This document shows, in pieces, positions 55,644 through 63,669 of a stretch of DNA of 64,000 nt. Both the position numbers and the translations under genes were made by a program. A model generated the notes under the pieces. The model saw nothing but the letters and a program-made list of their open reading frames with translations, was not told the origin of the DNA and did no database searches. The stretch comes from Deltaproteobacteria bacterium (GTDB lineage: Bacteria; Desulfobacterota; Syntrophia; Syntrophales; UBA8958): the NCBI GenBank assembly GCA_026388335.1, contig JAPLJZ010000079.1:2586-66585 (forward strand), in the 5' to 3' direction. Position 1 is the first letter of the stretch. Each line of letters begins with the position of its first letter.

Positions 55644-55693
55644 TGGTCGGGGCGGCAGGATTTGAACCTGCGACATCCTGCTCCCAAAGCAAG
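55644..55693 (-). pseudogene. 3' fragment (anticodon arm to CCA) of tRNA-Pro(UGG), lacking the acceptor 5' strand and D-arm
   Basis: RNA-sense sequence is CTTGC-TTTGGGA-GCAGG-ATGTC-GCAGG-TTCAAAT-CCTGC-CGCCCCG-A-CCA. The anticodon loop carries UGG and the T-arm is perfect. The required 5' acceptor strand CGGGGCG and a foldable D-arm are absent upstream (ATTATTTTAGCGAATTAGGCGATACGT). Confidence 0.75.
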
Positions 55694-55739
55694 ACGTATC
55701 GCCTAATTCGCTAAAATAATCAATGATATTGCGATTCGT

Positions 55740-55823
55740 CTGTGCGCCGTGTGCCCTTATTTTACATCCTTTTACCCCAAAGGCGCACACGGAAAGCGCA
55801 CACGGTTTTGACGGAAAAACCGT
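55740..55823. repeat. Cluster of GCGCACACGG motifs plus a small hairpin next to the tRNA fragment
   Basis: Direct copies of gcgcacacgg are at 55783-55792 and 55796-55805. Inverted partial copies are ctgtgcgcc (55740-55748) and ccgtgtgc (55747-55754). A hairpin cggtttt/aaaaccg spans 55803-55822. Confidence 0.6.
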
Positions 55824-56174
55824 ACAGCAAATTGGAGGTGATTGCAACGAAAATCCCCCCTGCCCCGTACATGTAGTATAATTGGCAATACCTCGAGGAG
55901 CAATGCCTCAGTGCGACATTGCTCAAATCGCTGACGAACTTCTTCAAGGATTGGCCTCTCACTACCTGCGAATATCTGATCCATCGGTTATCCCCCTTCC
56001 CTTTTGATAACCAACGGCACCGCCGCCGCCAAAATATTTCGCGCTGGCTCACCGGAAGGACACGGATGTTACTGTTTTTCCCTTTACCTTATAACAATTT
56101 GAATCTATGATGCGTTCCAATAGAGAATAAACAATTTCAAGTGCAGATTGTAACCACAAGAAAACGAGGACGAC

Positions 56175-56519
56175 ATGGAGAAAGACCCTGTAAGGCGGAT
56201 AAATACAGACATTGATCATGCTGATCGCAAGACAGAGAAGGAGATTCTTGATCCTTTTCAGAGAGTGAATCCTTTCGTCTCATTTCGGTATTCCTCCCGG
56301 GAAATATCGTCTGTTGGCGGCAAAACGTATGTGAAAGCCAAAGAAAAGAGCTTTGTAGATGGCAAGTTCAAGTCGGAGGAGTTTGAGGGAGTGGCGCCGG
56401 GGAATCTTTATGGCAATATGGCCACAGAAATGCAGAAGATGTTTTTCGGGCAGATAGCGTCAGTGATAGGTATGTTTTCAGCATTTTTGCCAAGCGTGAA
56501 GAAGGATAAGAGAGATTGA
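56175..56519 (+). CDS. Hypothetical protein
   Basis: 114-aa ORF with a GAGGA-type RBS and a hydrophobic C-terminal segment (FFGQIASVIGMFSAFLP). I recognise no motif. Confidence 0.4.
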   Translation: MEKDPVRRINTDIDHADRKTEKEILDPFQRVNPFVSFRYSSREISSVGGKTYVKAKEKSFVDGKFKSEEFEGVAPGNLYGNMATEMQKMFFGQIASVIGMFSAFLPSVKKDKRD

Positions 56520-56693
56520 TTTTGAGGGGCGGAGGACTGAGCGGGAATGGGAGCTTGCCGGTGGCCGTATGTATGGATATGGGAACAAGGCGGTTGCTGA
56601 CAACAAATACAAGTCCTCACATAGATAAATTTGGCCAGCCAATAAATCCCATTGGAAAGCGCGCATACATCTGAAAGCCAATTTCTCTCTTTT

Positions 56694-56755
56694 GGAGTGG
56701 ATCCACTCCTTCCTTATAATCCCCGTTTGACATGCCATATTGGACGGTGTAGACT
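56694..56755 (+). promoter_or_regulatory. 16-bp perfect palindrome followed by a sigma-70-like promoter upstream of the Mrr-like gene
   Basis: GGAGTGGATCCACTCC is at 56694-56709. TTGACA (56727-32), a 17-nt spacer and TAGACT (56750-55) follow, about 95 nt upstream of the ATG. Confidence 0.35.
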
Positions 56756-56851
56756 CCTTCCCGAAGTCAGACACTAAACGGTCAATAGATCTCTCTCAAG
56801 GTTCCTTAGAAGTTCAATGTTTCTTCACGAATAACCGCACTGGAGGTGCCC

Positions 56852-58360
56852 ATGGCTAAGCCGTACGTCACTCGCACCTTAGGCCCGATCCATTTTGAGG
56901 ACCTTGATCCTCATAGGTTCGAGGACCTCATCCGTCAACTTGTCTATGACTTCAGGCAATGGCAATCAATTGAATCAACGGGACGAGGTGGTGCAGACGA
57001 TGGCTTTGATATTCGCGCTTACGAGGTACTGCCGGTTGCAGAACCTACAACAAACGACGAAGGTGAGCAGGAAGATGCTCCTCATCCAATGGAGGGTAAT
57101 CTATGGATGATTCAATGCAAGCGTGAAAGGGAACTTGGCCCAAAGAGAGTCGAGGCTATCATCAAAGATGCAATGAATCCCTATGCTCTACCTTACGGCT
57201 ATATCTTGGCGGCTCCAGCAAATTTCTCGAAAGCTGCGCACGATAAGTTTAGAGAGGAGCTTAGAAACCACGGCGTAATGGAGTTCTATTTGTGGGGCGC
57301 TGGTGAGCTTGAAGACATGCTTTACCAGCCAAGGAACGACCACATTCTATTTGCCTTTTTCGGCATTTCACTGATTAGTCGCAGGCGATCAAGAACAACC
57401 GAAATTCGTGCCACGGTCAACGCGAAGAACAAGCTCCTAAGGGCTTTAGGTGATAATCCACATCATCAGTCCGTGCTGGTGCGCGATCTGAAGGATATCA
57501 ACTATCCGTATGAGGACGACTGTGAGGACTTCGAAGAACACCCTCGATGGAAGCAATACTCGGCTGTTGCGTTCTATCCTCTTGGGCTTATCGTTTCCAT
57601 TGGGAGGTATTACGCATACATCGACAGAACGAAAGGCGAGTGGGATTTCACAAAGGTCGTGAACAACGTCAGGAACATCCATGGTCATCAAAGGCGCCGT
57701 GACGTTGAGAAAGAGGAACTAAGAAACGCCGTTCAGGGATTCTGGGAGCAGATCCCTCACGCCAAGCAAACCACATACGTGCGAGATGGGCTCATTAGGT
57801 TCGACTCAATTGCTTTCATCGACGACAAAGGCGATAGCGAATACAAATGCCCGCATTTGTTTGTTGACTTCCATATAAAACGTGGGCCATTCTCCGCCTT
57901 CTTCGAGTACCTTGAGATAAATGAGCACCATAGTGAATCTCTCAAGGGGTTGAAGCGCGCCAAAATTTTTCCGAAGACCTTCCCGAAACCGAGCTTTGGG
58001 ACAGTTCACAAAGAAAGGCTAATCGTACTTGACGATAGCACGCGCGCGACTCTTAAGCACAATAGGGGAGGAATTACACTCTACGACTCAGATAAGAAGT
58101 ATGCGTACTTAAAGCCTGCTGATGTCATCGGTGTTGAGAAGACAGAAGACAAGGATGGGAAGAAAACTCTCCTCAAGATAACCAATATCAGAGTGGCTAC
58201 AGGGAAGGAACTGCTGGACTCATGTAACGATGATCCGCCGCTAAGACGAGAGATCGAGAATCAATTAGGTCGAGAGCTGAAACTGGGGGAAGAGATCCAG
58301 GTTATAGAGGCACTGGCAATTTGCGACTGGCAAATAGAGCAAAACCGACCAGTAGTCTGA
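56852..58360 (+). CDS. Mrr-like PD-(D/E)xK restriction-endonuclease-domain protein with a roughly 370-aa uncharacterised C-terminal region
   Basis: I chose the ATG at 56852 (GGAGG RBS 5 nt upstream). The N-terminus follows the Mrr_cat pattern: FEDLDPHRFEDLIRQLVYDF...GRGGADDGFDIRAY...NLWMIQCKRER. I recognise nothing in the rest. Confidence 0.7.
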   Translation: MAKPYVTRTLGPIHFEDLDPHRFEDLIRQLVYDFRQWQSIESTGRGGADDGFDIRAYEVLPVAEPTTNDEGEQEDAPHPMEGNLWMIQCKRERELGPKRVEAIIKDAMNPYALPYGYILAAPANFSKAAHDKFREELRNHGVMEFYLWGAGELEDMLYQPRNDHILFAFFGISLISRRRSRTTEIRATVNAKNKLLRALGDNPHHQSVLVRDLKDINYPYEDDCEDFEEHPRWKQYSAVAFYPLGLIVSIGRYYAYIDRTKGEWDFTKVVNNVRNIHGHQRRRDVEKEELRNAVQGFWEQIPHAKQTTYVRDGLIRFDSIAFIDDKGDSEYKCPHLFVDFHIKRGPFSAFFEYLEINEHHSESLKGLKRAKIFPKTFPKPSFGTVHKERLIVLDDSTRATLKHNRGGITLYDSDKKYAYLKPADVIGVEKTEDKDGKKTLLKITNIRVATGKELLDSCNDDPPLRREIENQLGRELKLGEEIQVIEALAICDWQIEQNRPVV

Positions 58361-58766
58361 ACACTTTGGTAACCTGAAGCATCTTGTGGAGGTGCTCAGG
58401 GACAGTAAAACCGATTTTATTAAGCTTGAGTTTTCACAGCGTGGTGGCGAAACAATGATTTTCCCACGTAAGGACATGGTCAACTCCACTGAAGAGATTT
58501 TGACGGACAACGGAATTCGCAGTCAGGGCTCGCCGGATACGCTGGCAGTATGGAACAGCAAGCCGTCTCAATAAGCTCTTCATATGAATAGACAAATGAT
58601 AAAGAGGGGAGTAACGAAAGGAATTACGGATTACCTGCTTGTAACGGCCTGATACTTTACATTTTATTTTGAAAAAAGACACCCATCCTTATGCTTTTAT
58701 AATGAATTAAGACCAGACTAATCTCAAAGCATGGCTTTCATCCAATAGAAAACACCAATTCATGCA

Positions 58767-61700
58767 TCACTTGATCTGATACACTCTTTCTTTAAAGCAC
58801 ACTAATCCTCTCGATGTTTCAGATCCAAAATTATCAAGAAATTCATTACTGACATTAATAACAAAAGTAAAATGCGTAGCATCCTCTCTTTTGCGAAGCG
58901 TGGGAAGATCCCAACCTGTAATTTCTATTTCTGAGTCATCGGTCTCAATTCTCCATATCCATCTGCCATGTCGTGGTAGATTTTTTAAGTCTTCGAGAGG
59001 GTCCCACAACCATATAATATTTTGATCATTCTCAGCATACCCAGGCCGCATTAACACCATCCAGTATTTTATTTTGTGATCTTTAGCCTTAGACACTTCT
59101 CCTTCAGACCAAAATATTTCACCTGCTTCAACATGTTTTACCTCAACATGGTATTTGCCGAAATTTGGATGCGATAGAACGATATCACTCTCGCGTTTTA
59201 AATTATCTCTTTCAGACTGACCACTAACAGACCAATCAGAGGTTGATAGCAGGTCAGATATTTTTATTCTCATCCAATTTTCCGCATTCTCTCCCTTTTC
59301 GCGTCTGCTTTGGTTTACTGAAGAACTGGTTGTGGTGGTTCCAGTTCTTTTCTTTTTTGGTTCAGATATGACTTCACTTATAGGCAATTCTTCTGTGATC
59401 TCATTTTGTGTATCATTTTCGTTATGATCTCCATTTTGTATAACCTCTTCCGACACTATTCGAGCATTATGTCTTTTATGGTCAGTAATTACAGCGTCTT
59501 TGAAATCACTTTCTAAGTCTTCAATCGCTGATTCAGGTACTCCAAGATCTCGGAGGCGTTGAAGGACTTCACTACTATCTCTTGCACGAAGAAGATTCTC
59601 AAATAGATTCGATAGATCTTTCCGGGTCTGCCTCTGCATGAGAGCTAATCCTAAGGCCTCCCATTTTCTCGCTCTATCCAGTAAAATTAGATCATTTTGT
59701 TTCCAATTTCTGACACTTGGAGCTGAGATTATTTGTTCTTCTTTGATAATTCTCAATCGCAAGTTATCAACAGCAAGTATGTTCAGGTTCTCTGGCTTTG
59801 GAAGATTGGCAAACCCGGAAACCACCTTTAAAGAATTGTAACGTTCACCATATCTCTGCCGAATGATACTAGTCGTATCCTGGTCTTCAGTATAATAATG
59901 AGGCTCCACATGCACTATTGTTGATAGCGGCTTTATTGTATACCAATCAGCAGCTTTCTTCCCTTGTTCCTGTTCCAAAACAAAGATATTAAATCTGCGT
60001 AACAGTTCGATCCGCGTATTAGGTTCGGCAAGATAAGGTTCGTCAAGCCAGTAGATATCAGAAGAATTGAAATCGATTTGTTCAATTTTGCTCCCCTGAT
60101 CCCATTTTAAGCAAGGAATATTAGAAATTTCATCAAACCATTCAGGCTTTTCATCGTGTATATCAAAGAAACTCCTATAAAGCATTCGAGTAGCTCGTAT
60201 TGCTACATCTTGGTCTATATTACATTGCAGTGCCTGGGGCAGCTGCTCGATCCATTCTTTCCAAATCATTTCACCAGGAAGAGGGAGTGTTTCCCTGACT
60301 CCAAGCATTTGTGTGAGGAAAGTTGCAAGATCGCGGCCCTCCTGTCCATCGGGGACTTTAATGTTTATTTCTGGAAGAAGCCCTCCTATACCTTTTCCGG
60401 GCATATATGCTTTATCTATCGGTACTCTTTGCTGATTATCCAAGATGCTTTGCTTACATGGCATCCATGGAAAATTCTCCACCTGCCAAGACGCGAATGA
60501 CTTTAGTTGGCCTGTGTTTCTTCCATCCCAACCGCCGCCTTTCTGGAATGAGTATTTCATCCTACTGTCCTTGGCTTCTTTTGCTATGGGTCTAATGGAT
60601 ATCAACCTTTCTATTGGGCTTTGAGGCAACGCCTCTGGGAAGAATTCGATTGCCCATTGTTCATGGATTTTGGTATCCCAATCAAACTCAGTTCTCCTAT
60701 TGAAACTTGCCGGATTTAAACTCTTTAGATAACTGCTCCAATCTTCTTCTTGAACCAATGATTGAAAGGGTGATTCTATCCTCCAAGATCCTTGATATCC
60801 GTCAATTTTCCAACCCACGTCATCTGAAGATAATTTACGGATTAATTTAACTTCCCACGATACTCCTGCATAACGTAGGATTTTTTTCCAATAATTACTT
60901 TCTTCGATATCGACGGGCCATTGGCTAGGTTCAATTAAAACGCCACGATCCTTGATACTTATGAAAAATATATCTATGGATTCAGAGGCACCCCAAGATT
61001 TGCCAGCATAACATTGCCAGGAGGGGATCCATCCCTTATCAGTCGGTAAAAATAAGGACTTCCCTAATCTTTCGCGACTGTTATCATTCCATATCGAAAC
61101 AGAATGACCATCATATTTAAGATCTTTTGTCCATAATTGATAAAAATTAAGCACCTCGGCGCCGTGTTGTTGCCACCAGTTAATTTCTTTTTTTGATTCT
61201 ATTGCCGGTATAAGAAAATGTTCTAGCAACTCATTTTTTTTATCATGCAAAAGTCTGCCATATATTATTTCATCCCATATTTTAGACGAACCATCATTTT
61301 CGTTCGATTCAATTTCATTTAAAAATTCTAAATATTCATTATGAAGTGCATAAAATTTTAGCCAATTTGGTAAGTTTAGGTTTGGTTTTATGCGTAACAA
61401 TGGGAACTTGTCTGATAAGCTTTGGGCACTGCCGTTAGCAGTCCACCAACAAGGTATTTCACGGCATATTTTCAAATAATATTCATGTTTTTTGTAAGGA
61501 AAATATTTGAAGAGTTCCTTAATAATTACAAAAAAAGCTTTAAGAGCATTCTGACATTCATCTTTATGCTCATTTTTGCAGTATTTTAGTAGACAAAGGT
61601 ACTGATCATTTTCAAGAGGCTCAGCACCTAAATACTCAAGGGCTTTTTTGAGATTGATATCGTTTTGAATATCTGAATCGATTAGGTTTTGCTCTTTAAT

Positions 61701-62975
61701 TTCATCAGGTTTTAAAACATTCCCTAAATTATATTCCCAGCGTCGTGCTTTAGATGGCGCAACTTTATTTCCACCAACGCAGGATACAAATTTCTTTTGT
61801 CGAAGCACTGATTCAATGCGTTTCCAAAGTGAGTAAGCAATTGTTTCTTTATTAGGCTGATCTTTAGGGAAAAAGGCTTCGATCGCTATTTTTGTCTGAA
61901 CTGAATCAACAATACGCCCCAGAAGCATTTCAAAATGATTGAGAATATCCTCATTACCCGGATCTCTAACATGCTTGCGACTTTGATCAAGATCAAAAGA
62001 TGCGTGGAAAAGAGCTCGGAAGGGCAGGTATTCTTCAGTTGGAAAAAAGGAATACAGAGGAAAAGAGTTTTCCCATGCTTGCACTTCATGTTTTGAGTTC
62101 ATTGGCAAACAACAAGCAACACTGTGACGTTTATCTATACCTTCGGACTTCCAAATATTTACCCAACGACGAAATCTATATGTATCTTGAACAATTTCAT
62201 TTTCAATGATTTTTACAAGGATATCATCATCCTTAATTTCAATATCGCTGCTTCTATCAATTCTCCATTTACGGCTTCGACCATCCTGCCATACAACCTC
62301 AACGATTTTAATGTACTGAGAAAGAAGAAGAAAAAATAAGCTAAGATTATTTAACGTGCTTTCAACTTTTTTCTGCGCAATTTCATCCTTATAAGGTAAT
62401 CTGATAATGGTTGGATATTCATCAACCAAATCTATTATATCTTCGATGTTTTGATTATCATGAGGAATTCGAAACGTAAGTGATGGGGGATCATTAATGC
62501 CTCTTTGATGCAACATTCTCTGGGTATCTGTAGCTGAAAAATAAAAATGAAATGGTTCTGAATATATCTCCGGCTTGTTTGTGATTTCTAGTACTGATTT
62601 GAAACCAAGGCCCTTTATTCCAATAAGGTCGGATGTTGAAGTATTAAGCGGGCACATTGCATCATCAGCATTTTGTAAGAGTTCCCAAAGGAAACGCCCC
62701 CCATAATCAAAACTGACTTCTCTTTCTTGGCTATAATCATCAAGCAATCTGTTTTTATCCCGAAGATATGTTTCTATTTCTTTTTCACGAATCCCTTTAG
62801 GGAGATCGGCATCTGTACATTTACTGTATAAATCAATTGGCTGAGACTTCTTTTTTGTCCCGCGGTAAGAGGCACAGATAGAGATTACCCCTAGCCTGCT
62901 AAATGGCTGCCCTGTGTTTGCGACCAAAAGTGAATCGTGAGTCATTTTTAGAAGGCATTTTCTTTCATTATCCAT
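58767..62975 (-). CDS. Giant NO VEIN-like protein: sacsin-type GHKL ATPase motifs at the N-terminus and a DUF3883-like PD-(D/E)xK module near the C-terminus
   Basis: 1402-aa uninterrupted ORF in AT-rich DNA. The N-box is FLWELLQNADDAM (aa 96-107) and the G2-like box is LIGIKGLGFKSVLEITNKPEIYS (aa 117-139). A G1-like LLVANTGQPFSRLGVISICASYRGTKKK sits at aa 16-43. The C-terminus reads ...RESDIVLSHPNFGKYHVEVKHVEAGEIFWSEGEVSKAKDHKIKYWMVLM. An AGGAAGG RBS and a TATAAT box lie upstream. Confidence 0.75.
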   Translation of the reverse strand: MDNERKCLLKMTHDSLLVANTGQPFSRLGVISICASYRGTKKKSQPIDLYSKCTDADLPKGIREKEIETYLRDKNRLLDDYSQEREVSFDYGGRFLWELLQNADDAMCPLNTSTSDLIGIKGLGFKSVLEITNKPEIYSEPFHFYFSATDTQRMLHQRGINDPPSLTFRIPHDNQNIEDIIDLVDEYPTIIRLPYKDEIAQKKVESTLNNLSLFFLLLSQYIKIVEVVWQDGRSRKWRIDRSSDIEIKDDDILVKIIENEIVQDTYRFRRWVNIWKSEGIDKRHSVACCLPMNSKHEVQAWENSFPLYSFFPTEEYLPFRALFHASFDLDQSRKHVRDPGNEDILNHFEMLLGRIVDSVQTKIAIEAFFPKDQPNKETIAYSLWKRIESVLRQKKFVSCVGGNKVAPSKARRWEYNLGNVLKPDEIKEQNLIDSDIQNDINLKKALEYLGAEPLENDQYLCLLKYCKNEHKDECQNALKAFFVIIKELFKYFPYKKHEYYLKICREIPCWWTANGSAQSLSDKFPLLRIKPNLNLPNWLKFYALHNEYLEFLNEIESNENDGSSKIWDEIIYGRLLHDKKNELLEHFLIPAIESKKEINWWQQHGAEVLNFYQLWTKDLKYDGHSVSIWNDNSRERLGKSLFLPTDKGWIPSWQCYAGKSWGASESIDIFFISIKDRGVLIEPSQWPVDIEESNYWKKILRYAGVSWEVKLIRKLSSDDVGWKIDGYQGSWRIESPFQSLVQEEDWSSYLKSLNPASFNRRTEFDWDTKIHEQWAIEFFPEALPQSPIERLISIRPIAKEAKDSRMKYSFQKGGGWDGRNTGQLKSFASWQVENFPWMPCKQSILDNQQRVPIDKAYMPGKGIGGLLPEINIKVPDGQEGRDLATFLTQMLGVRETLPLPGEMIWKEWIEQLPQALQCNIDQDVAIRATRMLYRSFFDIHDEKPEWFDEISNIPCLKWDQGSKIEQIDFNSSDIYWLDEPYLAEPNTRIELLRRFNIFVLEQEQGKKAADWYTIKPLSTIVHVEPHYYTEDQDTTSIIRQRYGERYNSLKVVSGFANLPKPENLNILAVDNLRLRIIKEEQIISAPSVRNWKQNDLILLDRARKWEALGLALMQRQTRKDLSNLFENLLRARDSSEVLQRLRDLGVPESAIEDLESDFKDAVITDHKRHNARIVSEEVIQNGDHNENDTQNEITEELPISEVISEPKKKRTGTTTTSSSVNQSRREKGENAENWMRIKISDLLSTSDWSVSGQSERDNLKRESDIVLSHPNFGKYHVEVKHVEAGEIFWSEGEVSKAKDHKIKYWMVLMRPGYAENDQNIIWLWDPLEDLKNLPRHGRWIWRIETDDSEIEITGWDLPTLRKREDATHFTFVINVSNEFLDNFGSETSRGLVCFKERVYQIK

Positions 62976-63290
62976 GATACATTACCTTCCTGATAAAATT
63001 AAGAATATTCAATTATACGCCTTCAAATGGTTTAGGATAAAGCATGTCTTAAACTAAGATACTGTTTCGGCACACATAATCCTTTCCTACCTTTTCGGCA
63101 AGCATCAAAGCTTGTTTATTCATCAGATCATGAGCCTTCCTTCCATTTTCAAAGACTATGAGTAGAGCAATATAATGAAAATGTCAAAGAGTCATCCCAA
63201 AGAACACCAGATCCAGCTCTCGCCGATAACCATCATCCATTAAAAACATCATGGCTTCTGGAAATATGATCTCCAAGAATGATGACATAT

Positions 63291-63332
63291 CAAGGTCGGA
63301 TATGTTTCATTAGATGATCATATCCGACCTTG
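63291..63332. repeat. Perfect 14-bp inverted repeat at the truncation point of the transposase remnant
   Basis: caaggtcggatatg, a 14-nt loop, then catatccgaccttg. Confidence 0.7.
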
Positions 63333-63489
63333 GTGTTGATCAACAGCGGCGTGATCTTTTTACTGGTGACTTTCTATACTTTGAAAGAAGCAAAGGTGCT
63401 GATTGAAAAATGGCGACTGGAATACAACACGTTCAGGCCACAGCTCATTGAATTAACGTCCTCCAGCGCCAGAAGCTTGGCTACATTGA
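63333..63489 (+). pseudogene. C-terminal remnant of a DDE (rve/integrase-core) transposase, frameshifted and carrying a premature stop
   Basis: It reads ...FYTLKEAKVLIEKWRLEYNTFRP in one frame and HSSLN*RPPAPEAWLH in the +1 frame. Together these reconstruct the canonical YNxxRPHSSLxYRPPAPE transposase tail. The catalytic core is absent. Confidence 0.7.
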
Positions 63490-63669
63490 AGGGCATAAAA
63501 TTACAGAATCCTAACTTTAAATGTGGTACAAGATTCGGGGCATGTTAAAAGAAAATTGAAAAGATCGTTTCTGTCAACGTGAATGAGACAATCTTATCGT
63601 TTTTGGTGCATCGCGTAGCTGACGGTTCAGCAGGGGGAACGGCACAGATAACGAAGAGAGGTTTTGAAC

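Noticed and set aside
54754-55665. 303-aa plus-strand ORF
   Set aside because: It is antisense to a well-supported crotonase gene. Its composition is Arg/Gly/His-rich and low in complexity, it has no motifs, and no RBS is evident. This is a typical shadow ORF.
55609-55692. N-terminal extension of the crotonase ORF (MLWEQDVAGSNPAAPT...)
   Set aside because: The GSNP string is the well-known translation of a tRNA T-arm (GGTTCAAATCC). This stretch is the tRNA-Pro fragment, not coding sequence. A good ATG at 55608 gives a normal-length crotonase.
62976-63290. Short minus-strand ORFs (33 aa MSSFLEIIFPEAMMFLMDDGYRRELDLVFFGMTL; 23 aa MNKQALMLAEKVGKDYVCRNSILV) upstream of the NOV-like gene
   Set aside because: They are below any reliable size threshold and have no RBS or motif support. 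They may be debris of a gene destroyed by the IS event.
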